A stretch of 64,000 bases of DNA from Chloroflexota bacterium (GCA_039932335.1 JBDTQH010000015.1:23416-87415), one strand, 5' to 3'; shown: positions 9,709 to 19,296, numbered from the stretch's first letter. Numbers and translations: made by a program. Notes: generated by a model not told the origin, from the letters alone.

Positions 9709-11493
9709 ATGGGTAAACAGAAGTGGTTTTCCATCTTAGCTGCGGGCACTATGCTTGCGAGCACCTTCGCTTTCGTCGGCGGTGGCTCCTATGCACAGGG
9801 TACCTCGCAGACTTTCCCAGAGACGGGTAAGACCGTGAGCGGTCGCTTCCTTGAGTACTGGAAGGCCAACGGCGGCCTACCTCAGCAGGGCTACCCCATC
9901 ACCAGCGAGATGCAAGAAGTCTCCGCTACCGACGGCAAGACCTATACAGTTCAGTATTTTGAGCGTGCCGTATTCGAGAAGCACCCCGAGAACAAAGCCC
10001 CCAACGATGTACTTTTGTCACTACTGGGCAACTTTGCATACAAGGCGAAGTATGGAACAGCGGGAGCACCTGGCCAGAAAGTAAGCACTGAGAACCCCAC
10101 CAAGTTCAGCCAGACCAATCACAGCGTTGGCGGCAAGTTCCTGGCATACTGGAACAAGAACGGCGGGCTTGCACAGCAGGGCTATCCCATCTCGGATGAG
10201 TTTACCGAGAAGAGTGACCTGAACGGCAAGGACTACACGGTCCAGTACTTTGAGCGAGCGGTATTCGAGTTGCACCCTGAGAACCAGGCTCCTTATGATG
10301 TTCTCTTGAGCCAGCTCGGCACATCGCAGCTAAAGGCCAAGCAGAATGCCATCGCCTACCCCACCGGGACAGGCACGATCACGCTCTGGCACGGCTACAC
10401 AGGCACAGAAGCTGATACTCTTGCTAAGGCTGTCAAGATGCTGACCGACAAGAACCCGGGCTTCCAGGTTACAGTCCTCGCAGTTCCCTTCGACTCCCTG
10501 AAGCAGAAGTTCACCACAGAAGCCGCGACCGGCGGCGGACCTGACCTCGTCATCGGCCCGTCAGACTGGATCGGCGAATTCGCTGAGGCCGGCATTGTTT
10601 CGCCCCTCGACGAAGTGGAAGGCTCCAAGCCCCTCGTGAGCGGCCTTACATCGGCGGCAGTGGGTGTGGCTACATACAACGGCAAGCTGTATGGTATCCC
10701 CACATCTATGAAGAACGTAGCTCTCTACTACAACACTGACCTCGTCAAGAGCGTTCCCAAAAACCTCGATGACATGCTGACACAGGCAGGCACACTGGCC
10801 ACAGGCAACGTCAAGTACGGCCTGGCCCTGAACGCAGGCTTCTATCACGCGGTCGGTCTGAACTATGCCTTCGGCGGCAAGCTCTTCACTGACGCCACGC
10901 ACGTTGACCTGACGACCAAGGGCACCATCGATTGGTTGACCTGGTTGAAGAAGGCCAAGGACAGTAAGGGCGTCTTCGCCAAGGGCGGCGCGGATGCCGA
11001 CATCGACACATTGTTCAAGACCGGCGGGGCCGCCATGGTCGTCAATGGTCCCTGGGCCCTCGGCGATTACCAGAAGGCTCTTGGCAAGGACAAGGTTGGC
11101 GTGGCTATCGTTCCTAACACCGCTGCGGGTGGCAAGTTCGCCCCCTTCGTCGGTACAGAGAACTACTACGTGAACGCAGGCACCAAGAACGAGAAGGCAG
11201 CCGTACAGTTCGTCTCCTTCATCGTCTCGGCGGGCATCGGCAAGATGTTCGTGGACGCCGGCCAGATCTCGACCAACCCCAACGTTGACCTGTCGGCCAA
11301 CCCCTCGCTCGCCGCGTTCGTCGCGCAGGCAGCACAGGGCACAGCTTTCCCGAACGTTCCCGCAATGGGCAAGGTCTGGGATCCCGCAGGCAACATGATC
11401 ACCGAAGTGCTCGACGGCAAGGCCAGCCCCGCTGACGCTGCCAAGAAGGCCACCGACGCGATCAACGCTGCAATCGCTGCAGGCGGCAACTAG
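9709..11493 (+). CDS. Secreted protein: two LGFP-like repeats fused to an ABC-type sugar (maltodextrin-like) solute-binding domain
   Basis: Signal peptide without a lipobox Cys; two ~70-aa repeats (GxFLxYWxxNGGLxxQGYPIxxE...DGKTYTVQYFERAVFExHPEN...DVLLSxLG); C-terminal family-1 SBP fold; no permease genes adjacent. Confidence 0.8.
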   Translation: MGKQKWFSILAAGTMLASTFAFVGGGSYAQGTSQTFPETGKTVSGRFLEYWKANGGLPQQGYPITSEMQEVSATDGKTYTVQYFERAVFEKHPENKAPNDVLLSLLGNFAYKAKYGTAGAPGQKVSTENPTKFSQTNHSVGGKFLAYWNKNGGLAQQGYPISDEFTEKSDLNGKDYTVQYFERAVFELHPENQAPYDVLLSQLGTSQLKAKQNAIAYPTGTGTITLWHGYTGTEADTLAKAVKMLTDKNPGFQVTVLAVPFDSLKQKFTTEAATGGGPDLVIGPSDWIGEFAEAGIVSPLDEVEGSKPLVSGLTSAAVGVATYNGKLYGIPTSMKNVALYYNTDLVKSVPKNLDDMLTQAGTLATGNVKYGLALNAGFYHAVGLNYAFGGKLFTDATHVDLTTKGTIDWLTWLKKAKDSKGVFAKGGADADIDTLFKTGGAAMVVNGPWALGDYQKALGKDKVGVAIVPNTAAGGKFAPFVGTENYYVNAGTKNEKAAVQFVSFIVSAGIGKMFVDAGQISTNPNVDLSANPSLAAFVAQAAQGTAFPNVPAMGKVWDPAGNMITEVLDGKASPADAAKKATDAINAAIAAGGN

Positions 11494-11542
11494 TCTCTTG
11501 TAAGAGATCGGCTGTTAGCGTCTAGCGTATATGAACAGAAAA

Positions 11543-11581
11543 GAGACCGAGAAGCGAATTGTGCTTCTCGGTCTCTTTCTA
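11543..11581 (+). terminator. Rho-independent terminator
   Basis: gagaccgagaagc-gaattgtg-cttctcggtctc followed by TTTCT, 50 nt after the stop. Confidence 0.6.
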
Positions 11582-11690
11582 TAGTGCGTCAATATATGTA
11601 GCAATCTCAGCATCATGGCCGATGTCCAATATTCATGGTAGCAGTACAATCGGAGCGACAAACGGTGTAGCCAACAGGTGTCAGGTGCCA

Positions 11691-11713
11691 GGGGATCAGG
11701 GATCAGGGATCAG
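11691..11713. repeat. Tandem heptamer repeat (GGGATCA)x3
   Basis: ggggatcagggatcagggatcag. Confidence 0.7.
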
Positions 11714-11724
11714 TATATAAGGGA

Positions 11725-11765
11725 TTCACCGCAGAGGCGCAGAGAGCGCAGAGGTTCGCTGAGGT
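11725..11765 (+). repeat. Dispersed ~40-nt core repeat, copy 1
   Basis: ttcaccgcagaggcgcagagagcgcagaggttcgctgaggt is near-identical to the reverse complement of 58881-58920. Confidence 0.7.
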
Positions 11766-11892
11766 TTTTGAGGTTTGCATGGTACTGTGGCTAGCGAGTA
11801 AGCGGCACAAAGCCGTCAGCGGTCGGCGGTCTGCCGTCGGCGGTCGTCTACTAACAACTGACAACGAGTAACCCAGGGGAGGAGGGACAGAA

Positions 11893-12627
11893 ATGTTCAG
11901 AAGATTTGCGGTCGTGGGGATTGCGCTTGCAATCGCCGCCACTTTGAGCAGTTGCACGATAGGAGGTCTGACCGTGATAGAAGGATCGGGCAACAAAGTA
12001 ACCCAGACGAAAACCGTCAGCGGCTTCAACAACATACAACTGTCGGGCATCGGCAAGCTGATAGTCAAGCAGACCGGCAGCGAATCGTTCAGCATGGAGG
12101 GTGACGACAATATCCTCTCCAAGATCAAAGTAGAGGTGTCGGGAAGCACGCTCAATATCGCGATGGAAGAGGGAACCTCGGCAAACCCCAAGACACCGCT
12201 CGTCTACAACATTACTGTGAAGAATATCAAGACAGTCGGCCTATCCGGCGCGGGCAGCATCGAAGCCAACGACATCAACACCACTACACTCGATGCAACG
12301 ATCAGCGGGGCAGGCAACGGGACAATCAACAACCTGACAGCCGATACCCTCAAGATCACGCTATCCGGGGCGGGCGACTTCACCGTAAGCGGCACTGTGA
12401 CCACACAGAACGTGACCATCAGCGGCGCGGGCAGCTACAATGCCGGCAGCCTGGAAAGCCAGGGCGCTACGGTCACCACCAGTGGAGCCGGCAGCGCTAC
12501 AGTACGAGTAAGAGATAACCTCAACGCTAACGTAAGCGGCGTCGGTAATATCAGCTATTACGGCAACCCCAACGTCCAGCAAACAAAGTCGGGCGTGGGC
12601 AGCATCACGAAGATTGGCGACAAGTAA
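11893..12627 (+). CDS. Lipoprotein with GIN/DUF2807 domain (putative autotransporter-adhesin-head-like)
   Basis: Lipobox LSSC; repeated SGAG/SGVG beta-strand motifs typical of DUF2807. Confidence 0.8.
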   Translation: MFRRFAVVGIALAIAATLSSCTIGGLTVIEGSGNKVTQTKTVSGFNNIQLSGIGKLIVKQTGSESFSMEGDDNILSKIKVEVSGSTLNIAMEEGTSANPKTPLVYNITVKNIKTVGLSGAGSIEANDINTTTLDATISGAGNGTINNLTADTLKITLSGAGDFTVSGTVTTQNVTISGAGSYNAGSLESQGATVTTSGAGSATVRVRDNLNANVSGVGNISYYGNPNVQQTKSGVGSITKIGDK

Positions 12628-12662
12628 AGGCTAACCACAGGGGCTCTACTGCACAATAATCG

Positions 12663-12697
12663 CCCGGACAGGGAACGTCCGCCCTCCCCTGTCCGGG
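12663..12697. repeat. GACAGGG/CCCTGTC-family hairpin (terminator-like)
   Basis: cccggacaggg-13 nt-ccctgtccggg just after the stop of the 11893 gene. Confidence 0.45.
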
Positions 12698-12775
12698 CTA
12701 CGGGTTATCACTACATTAGTAGTCAATTGCCCGTAAGTGATGGCCACCGACGACCGTCCCTAAGAAAGCGAACCG

Positions 12776-12815
12776 CTGACAATTGACAATTGACAACCGA
12801 CATCCGACAACGGTG
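12776..12815. repeat. Tandem heptamer-like repeat (AATTGAC / CGACA units)
   Basis: gctgacaattgacaattgacaaccgacatccgacaacgg. Confidence 0.5.
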
Positions 12816-12840
12816 AGCATCGGAGATGCCGTCCGCCACA

Positions 12841-13752
12841 TCAACCCCGCAGGGCTAGCTTGGCTGCCGCCAGGTCCCACAGCGCATTACCCACGCTCTT
12901 GAAGATAACCGGCCCACCTGTGAGTGGGGGCAAATCAAGAGCGTCCTGCAAAGACGTCACGCGCTCCCAGTCCACGCCTGCCTGAATAAGGTCACCCGCA
13001 TCCGACTGCGCTCCCTCAAGCGTATCCACATACACGCGCGAGCGCAACACCAGATCGGGCGGCAGTTCGGCCATCTGGGGAGTATAAGCGCCCACTGCCA
13101 CTACAAAGACGTCATCCCGCAACACAGCACCGGCGGGAAGCACGGGCACACTGCTAGTTGTAGCTGTCACCACGAGCGACACCCTTGCCAGCACCTCAGA
13201 CACGTCGGCAACAGGCCGAGCCTCTACTCCCTCAGCAAGCGTGCGAGCATGTGCCGCCAGCTCCTCCGCAGCTTGCAGTGAGCGCGAAAATGTGTACACC
13301 TCGCGCACACCCAACCCTTCCACAAAAGCCTCGACATGCGAACGGGCCTGCGTGCCTCCACCCACAACCAACAGTGGGCCGGAAGGCTCAACCGCCAGCA
13401 ACCGCGCCGCCAGCATCGACAGCGCGGCGGTACGGCGTGCCGTCACCATGTTCCCATCCAGAGTCAGCAGCCTGTGGCCGGTCGCGGCCTCCATGACGAT
13501 CACATCGGCCTGCACAGCAGGTAGATCCGCGACACTGTTTCCCGTATGCACAGTAGCAAGCTTCGTGATAGCAATCTGTTGATCGGCGGCGGGCATCAAA
13601 AGCAGCACACCCCCGCCAGCCAGCGGCACAGCAAGCCGCGGAGGAGCATAAGCGCGCCCGGCCTTCCTATCACGCAGCACCCCAGCTAGCTCATCCGCCA
13701 GCGGCCCATAAGCCAGCAACCGGCGTGTCTCGTCTGCATTCAATGTCCGCAT
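12841..13752 (-). CDS. Ornithine cyclodeaminase / mu-crystallin-family protein
   Basis: Rossmann motif VVGGGTQA and overall OCD-family similarity; start at internal ATG (MRTLNADE). Confidence 0.85.
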   Translation of the reverse strand: MRTLNADETRRLLAYGPLADELAGVLRDRKAGRAYAPPRLAVPLAGGGVLLLMPAADQQIAITKLATVHTGNSVADLPAVQADVIVMEAATGHRLLTLDGNMVTARRTAALSMLAARLLAVEPSGPLLVVGGGTQARSHVEAFVEGLGVREVYTFSRSLQAAEELAAHARTLAEGVEARPVADVSEVLARVSLVVTATTSSVPVLPAGAVLRDDVFVVAVGAYTPQMAELPPDLVLRSRVYVDTLEGAQSDAGDLIQAGVDWERVTSLQDALDLPPLTGGPVIFKSVGNALWDLAAAKLALRG

Positions 13753-13908
13753 GCCGGGTATTATACCGGATATGTTGGCTGAAGTATTTTGTGTCTGCCC
13801 AATAGAGGATAGGCAAATAACACGGTTTCGCATAAATATAAAGGTCCATAGTGTCATTCCGATTACTCGGCTAATAGCATATTATCAGTTCCGCCGCCTC
13901 CACTCGCC

Positions 13909-14021
13909 ATTGTCATTCTGAGCGAAGCGAAGAATCTCGCAAAGCAGGACTAGGTTTCCTTATAGCCAATTGTCCGAGAAAAGAAGGGGACGAGATTCTT
14001 CGCTTCGCTCAGAATGACAAG
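13909..14021. repeat. Long hairpin element, copy 1 (28-bp perfect arms, ~57-nt loop)
   Basis: gtcattctgagcgaagcgaagaatctcg ... cgagattcttcgcttcgctcagaatgac; related copy at 58269-58345. Confidence 0.75.
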
Positions 14022-14236
14022 GGGGAGAGGACGCGACAATACGGACTTTATTCTGTCCGTTATGAGGGCATTGGCCATACTACCGATGCTAACGCGAGAC
14101 TGCGTTACTGACGCTTGTCCCCAATAATTGACAGAATGCACCCTGGCTATGTATCATGTAACACGACCTTATAAGGTGGCGCATTGTCGCGTATGATAGC
14201 CATGCGGATACGAGTAGAGTAGATAGAACCCCACTG

Positions 14237-15469
14237 ATGAACATCCTTTATTTGGACGCGACTCGCGGCCTCTTCGGGGCCAGCCGCATGATGCTCACCC
14301 TTGTCGAAAACCTCGATCGTGGTAAGGTCTCCCCGTACGTGATTCTCGCCAACGACATCAACGATGGCGACCTGCGCCTCACAAAGGCCCTGCGCAGCGC
14401 ACGCATCCCCACGCTTGAATACAGGCTAGCAGTTCTGAGGCGAAGCAAGTACCTAAATCCGCGCGGTATCCTGTTCATGGGTGCCGCGCTAGTCGACTCG
14501 ACCATGCTGGTTGCCCGCCTCATTCGCAAATACCGCATCACTATTGTGCAGAGCAACACCAGCACGGTGCTAACAGGCGCTCTCGCCTCGAAGCTAACAG
14601 GAGTACCTCATATCTGGCATGTTCACGAAATCTTCCGTCCCTCCGATGCCAGGCTCTTCCCCCCTCTACTCGACAACTTCTCCACCCGCGTCGTAACCGT
14701 CTCAGACGAAGCTGCACGCAGCCTGACAGGTTACAGGCCATCCCTCGCCGACAAGCTAACGGTAATCAAGAATGGTGTTGACCCTACCCCGTTCAGGAAC
14801 GTCAGCCCGGAGAGTGTCGAGCGCCTGCGATCGGAGTTTGGCCTTGGCCCCGAAAATAAAGTCGTGGGCATGGTTGGCCGCATAGGCATGGGCAAGGGCG
14901 AAGAGAACTTCCTGCAGATGGCTCGCCTGGTAAGCCAGCAGATCGAGGGCGTGAAGTTCCTCGTCGCAGGGGGCACATTCGACAATCGCGATTACCTGCT
15001 GGATGCTCTCCGCGCTCGTGCGGATTCGCTGGGGCTTGCTGGCAACGTCATTGTAACAGGACGCCGCACCGACATGCCGGAGATAATGAATTTGCTAGAC
15101 TTACTGGTGCAACTTCCCGACCGAGCAGAATCTTTCGGGCTGGCCGCGGCTGAAGCAATGGCTGCGGGCAAACCTGCGGTTGTCTGGACAATGGGCGGCC
15201 TCTCAGAGGTTGTGTGCGATTTCGAGACCGGATACCATGTCTCACCGGGCGACATAGGCGGGGCCACCGAACGTGTTGTCGAGCTACTTACCAACGACCG
15301 TCTTAGAAAGCACATGGGCAAGGCCGCCTCCCGCCGAGTAGACCGCGAGTTCTCGGTCAGCCGCTATGTCACCCAATTCCAGGAGCTTTACGACGTAATC
15401 GCCCGCCAACGCCCACCAACCACCAACCCCTGGCCCTCAACCCCTTACACAGTACGCAGTACGCAGTAG
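14237..15469 (+). CDS. Glycosyltransferase family 4 (GT-B)
   Basis: Glycos_transf_1-like C-terminal domain (ESFGLAAAEAMAAGKPAV); the last codons are encoded by the CAGTACG tandem repeat. Confidence 0.85.
   Translation: MNILYLDATRGLFGASRMMLTLVENLDRGKVSPYVILANDINDGDLRLTKALRSARIPTLEYRLAVLRRSKYLNPRGILFMGAALVDSTMLVARLIRKYRITIVQSNTSTVLTGALASKLTGVPHIWHVHEIFRPSDARLFPPLLDNFSTRVVTVSDEAARSLTGYRPSLADKLTVIKNGVDPTPFRNVSPESVERLRSEFGLGPENKVVGMVGRIGMGKGEENFLQMARLVSQQIEGVKFLVAGGTFDNRDYLLDALRARADSLGLAGNVIVTGRRTDMPEIMNLLDLLVQLPDRAESFGLAAAEAMAAGKPAVVWTMGGLSEVVCDFETGYHVSPGDIGGATERVVELLTNDRLRKHMGKAASRRVDREFSVSRYVTQFQELYDVIARQRPPTTNPWPSTPYTVRSTQ
15450..15466. repeat. Tandem heptamer (CAGTACG)x2+, shared with 36154-36169
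   Basis: cagtacgcagtacgcag; an identical 16-mer recurs 20.7 kb away. Confidence 0.7.
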
Positions 15470-15475
15470 AATCCT

Positions 15476-16636
15476 ATGAATATAGCAATGCTTGGCGTTC
15501 GTGGAGTACCCACCGTGCACGGAGGATTTGAGACCTGCGCGGAGCAGCTTGGCGTGCGCCTCGTCGAGCGCGGGCACAAAGTTACAGTGTACTGCCGCCC
15601 GCATTTTGTAGACAAGAACCTCAAGCAGTACCAGGGAATGAGGCTGGTTACGCTGCCAACTGTCAAGAACAAGTACCTCGACACCCTGGTTCATACACTG
15701 GCCGGATCGCTTCATTCGCTCTTCCAGCCGTATGATCTCTGCCTGTACTTCATCGCAGGCAACAGCCCCGTTTGCTGGATACCCCGCCTGACGGGTAAGC
15801 GCACTGTAATCAATGTTGACGGCCTTGACTGGAAGCGCGAAAAGTGGCCCGGCCCGGCCAAACAGTACCTTCAGCTTACAGAGCGCCTAGCGCCCAAACT
15901 CGCCAACGCGACTCTCACCGACTCACGAGTGGTACAGAAGCACTACGCGCACACCTATAACTCCAAAGTGCATTACATTGCCTACGGGTCAGAGCTAAAG
16001 CATGTGGCTGCGGGTGAAACGCTCAATAAGTGGGGACTCGAAGCTCGTAAATACATCCTTTTTGTGGGCCGCCTGGTTCCGGAGAACCGTGTAGAGCACC
16101 TGATTGACGCCTTCCGTGGTCTCAAAGAAACGCGCGGCATGAAATGCGTTATCGTTGGCGACTCCTCCTATGAAGAGGGGTATGTAGCGCGGCTAAAGCA
16201 ATACGCATCCGACGACATAATCTTTACGGGATATGTCTACGGCGACGGCTATCGGGAGCTTAGCGCCAACGCCTACTGCTTCGTGGAGACCTCGGCAGCC
16301 AGCGGCACCCACCCGGCCCTCCTCGAGGCCATGGGATATGGCAACTGCGTGATTGCCAACGATACGCCCGAAAATCTCGAAACGATGGGCGATACAGGGC
16401 TGCACTATTGCGGCAGTGATGGTGCGGAAGGCTTGCGCCCCTTGCTACAAACGTTGATCAGCCACCCGGAGCGGGTCGAAGAATGCAGATCTATCACTGC
16501 CGCACACGTGCGAAAGCATTACTCGTGGGACGCAGTGACCGGCGAATACCTGGAGCTATTCAACAAGGTCCTTCACAGGAAGCGCCGCCGAATTGGGCGC
16601 GGAAAGCGGCAATATCCAGCAAGCAGAAATGATTGA
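15476..16636 (+). CDS. Glycosyltransferase family 4 with DUF1972-type N-terminus
   Basis: MNIAMLGVRGVPTVHGGFET N-terminal motif plus a GT4 C-terminal domain. Confidence 0.85.
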   Translation: MNIAMLGVRGVPTVHGGFETCAEQLGVRLVERGHKVTVYCRPHFVDKNLKQYQGMRLVTLPTVKNKYLDTLVHTLAGSLHSLFQPYDLCLYFIAGNSPVCWIPRLTGKRTVINVDGLDWKREKWPGPAKQYLQLTERLAPKLANATLTDSRVVQKHYAHTYNSKVHYIAYGSELKHVAAGETLNKWGLEARKYILFVGRLVPENRVEHLIDAFRGLKETRGMKCVIVGDSSYEEGYVARLKQYASDDIIFTGYVYGDGYRELSANAYCFVETSAASGTHPALLEAMGYGNCVIANDTPENLETMGDTGLHYCGSDGAEGLRPLLQTLISHPERVEECRSITAAHVRKHYSWDAVTGEYLELFNKVLHRKRRRIGRGKRQYPASRND

Positions 16637-18095
16637 TTGGGCGCTGGTGGCCGGCGCGGCGCTGGCCCTCTTAGGAGCGGCCATAGTCGTTGCGCGCCTC
16701 AGCTATGGCTATAATGCCGCCCTCCCTGCCGGTAAGCCCGGCACAGAGAAACACTCCCTCACGGCGCATACGCGCACTGCAAGCAATACCATCCTGGCAA
16801 GGATCACACAATTCGAATTGCCGATCCTGCTATTGCTTGCTCCCGCCGTCCTTTTCTCCTCGCCTTTGACGATTCTGGCCGTAGCGATCATCTTTGGGCT
16901 ATGGTGCATCAGGCGCATAACGCGGGGCTATTTTCTACCGCACACGCCGCTCGACTGGGCAATCGCCCTGATGATGGTTATGCTGCCGGTGAGCCTGCTT
17001 GTCAACTCCGATATCGGCTTCAGCATGGGCAAAGCAGCCCTGCTCATCTACGGTGTAGCCCTCTACTATGGCATAATAGACTGGGCTCGTGGACAAGAAA
17101 AGCTTGAGATTGCCGTCAACCTCTATCTGCTGGCTGGCGGTATGCTGGCCTTGCTGAGTCTGCTTGGCACTAATTGGCAGCAGAAAGTGTCCGGACTGAG
17201 CGACATTGTCAGCCTGCTTCCTCAGGTTGCCCAGGGGCTGTCGCGGGATCAAACCGGATTCCACCCCAACATAATCGCGGGGGCGCTTCTCTGGGTTGTG
17301 TTCCCTCTGCTGGCCCTCACCATCACGGCATGGTTAGCCAACCGCCCGCCCGGGTACAGGGAGCGGTGCGCTCAGATCGTCCTGCTGTTACTTCTCCTCC
17401 TGACGTCGGGTACTCTTTTGCTCACCCAATCCAGGGCGGCACTTGTGGCGGCAGCCGTGGGCGGCGTGCTGCTCCTATGGCTTGCAGCGCCAAAGTTGCG
17501 CTCCTGGCTGGCAGCCGGCGCGGCCATACTGGTTGTGGCGGTAGCCGTAATTGGCCCGGCAGGCTTCACAGGAGAAATAGCAAGCGCGCAACTGGGCGAG
17601 ATAACCAGTACAGACAACCTCGTGGTGCGCATCGATGTCTGGAAGAGTGCGCTCCACGCCATAGGCGACCGCCCGCTGACAGGCATCGGCATGGACGCCT
17701 TCCGCCGCATCATGCCGATTAGCTATCCCGCCCCATCCGTCCCGGATGCATACGATATCGGACACGCGCACAACCAATTACTACAGGCCGCCCTCGACCT
17801 CGGCCTGCCGGGTATGGTAGGCTATCTGGCTCTCTGGTTCGTTGCAGCCGCTCTTGCCGTACAGAGCTACAGGGCGGCTCCCGATAGCTGGCGTCGTGCC
17901 CTCGCGGCAGGTATTATGGCCGCGCTACTGGCGTCCTTCCTGCACGGTCTGGCCGACGCCGTTGTAATGGTGTCCAAGCCCGGCGTGCTATTCTGGGCGC
18001 TATTAGCCATAAATAGCGCCCTCTGGTTCGACTTACGTCTTGACCGCACACGTAGTTCCCGGTATCCTATGGCGGCCCACTCCACAGGCGGTTGA
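16629..18095 (+). CDS. O-antigen ligase / Wzy_C-family polytopic membrane protein
   Basis: More than 10 TM segments; LLTQSRAALVAAAVGGVLLLW region typical of Wzy_C; the annotated ATG overlaps the upstream GT4 stop. Confidence 0.7.
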   Translation: MIDWALVAGAALALLGAAIVVARLSYGYNAALPAGKPGTEKHSLTAHTRTASNTILARITQFELPILLLLAPAVLFSSPLTILAVAIIFGLWCIRRITRGYFLPHTPLDWAIALMMVMLPVSLLVNSDIGFSMGKAALLIYGVALYYGIIDWARGQEKLEIAVNLYLLAGGMLALLSLLGTNWQQKVSGLSDIVSLLPQVAQGLSRDQTGFHPNIIAGALLWVVFPLLALTITAWLANRPPGYRERCAQIVLLLLLLLTSGTLLLTQSRAALVAAAVGGVLLLWLAAPKLRSWLAAGAAILVVAVAVIGPAGFTGEIASAQLGEITSTDNLVVRIDVWKSALHAIGDRPLTGIGMDAFRRIMPISYPAPSVPDAYDIGHAHNQLLQAALDLGLPGMVGYLALWFVAAALAVQSYRAAPDSWRRALAAGIMAALLASFLHGLADAVVMVSKPGVLFWALLAINSALWFDLRLDRTRSSRYPMAAHSTGG

Positions 18096-18810
18096 ACTGG
18101 TATGTCAGCAGAGCGCGGGCGTCGCGGAAGAGGTTGTCCCGACGAGCATCAGGTGTGTGCCAACCGGCACTGTCCGTAGCGGGCGACATAGTGATTGTGA
18201 GCCCCGCATCACGCGCTATTAGAGCAGCACGCTTGATATGGTGCGGCTCCGTCACGAGTATGGCTGTCCTCCAGCCGTTATCGCGCATTAGTCTGCGGCT
18301 GAACTGGATATTCTGGACAGTGTCGCGCGCCTGCTCTTCGAGTGCAATAGCAGCGAGCGGCACGCCATCCTTCTGCATCAGTTGGGCCATAGCAGCGGCT
18401 TCACTCGGTGGCGGGCCTGTCAGACCGCCGGTCGGGATAATATGCGCGGCCAGTCCTCGCTGATAGAGCGAGGCTGCATGGTGTGCGCGTGCCTGAACGC
18501 AGGCGCTGAAAGTCGTGCTTATCACATTACGCTCATAGCTGGGGCAGCCAAGCACAATAATCACGTCTGAAGGAACCGCGTAATCGGTCTCATTATCCGT
18601 CGACACATAGGCCAGATCGGCGGCGGGCCATACTATGAGTAGCAACAGGACTACCACCAGCAATCGCACCGCAATTCGCCTTCCGCGCCACCCTCTCAAC
18701 AAGGACACCTCTTCATGTATGCCATCAGCATCGACAAAGGCCGCATACCACTGGAAGCGGCCCATACATAAGGTAGGGTAGGCGGCTGGCGAGTTGCCAT
18801 TCTCTCTCAA
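18067..18810 (-). CDS. DUF218 / YdcF (ElyC/SanA)-family protein
   Basis: DVIIVLGC...LYQRGLAAHIIPTGG core of DUF218; N-terminal TM; exact start uncertain. Confidence 0.75.
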   Translation of the reverse strand: MRENGNSPAAYPTLCMGRFQWYAAFVDADGIHEEVSLLRGWRGRRIAVRLLVVVLLLLIVWPAADLAYVSTDNETDYAVPSDVIIVLGCPSYERNVISTTFSACVQARAHHAASLYQRGLAAHIIPTGGLTGPPPSEAAAMAQLMQKDGVPLAAIALEEQARDTVQNIQFSRRLMRDNGWRTAILVTEPHHIKRAALIARDAGLTITMSPATDSAGWHTPDARRDNLFRDARALLTYQFNRLWSGPP

Positions 18811-18822
18811 ACATATGAAGGT

Positions 18823-19098
18823 TCACTTCTCTACTTCGCCCCATTGCTCTATTAACTTCCTTTGAGCCAGTTGTACTCGTTCGAGATAGTCAGGCATAAA
18901 GGGTTCAGCAAGTTCGATTTCCAAATTGGTCAAGACGACCGAAAGTGCGTGCCATTCGGCGTCATCTTCAATTTGGAGCGTGAAGTTGAGTCCGTTCATC
19001 TGCCATCGTCCGAGCAAGTTGTCGAGCACAAGTGCTGCGTTCTTGCCTATTGTGATAGTAATTGTCTCCTCGTTTTCCTCGGTATGGTGCTTTTCCAT
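18823..19098 (-). CDS. Hypothetical 91-aa acidic protein (low-GC), co-oriented 12 nt upstream of the DUF218 gene
   Basis: ORF only; no domain recognised. Confidence 0.35.
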   Translation of the reverse strand: MEKHHTEENEETITITIGKNAALVLDNLLGRWQMNGLNFTLQIEDDAEWHALSVVLTNLEIELAEPFMPDYLERVQLAQRKLIEQWGEVEK

Positions 19099-19296
19099 CC
19101 GCCCCCTCCGAACCGGACGTGATATTTCGCATCATCCGGCTCTCCAATGTCATTGTAGTTTATAGTCTTATTCTTTCAATCATGTTCACGAATGATAACA
19201 AGGACGGTTCCGGCAAAGCCCATGACGGGGGCTTGGGGTCCCACAACGCTCTCTTCATTCCCTGAAGTTGCACTGGAGCAGAACAGACAGCCGGTA

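Noticed and set aside
13950-14141. 63-aa ORF on the minus strand
   Set aside because: It lies entirely within the long hairpin repeat element, which makes it a shadow ORF.
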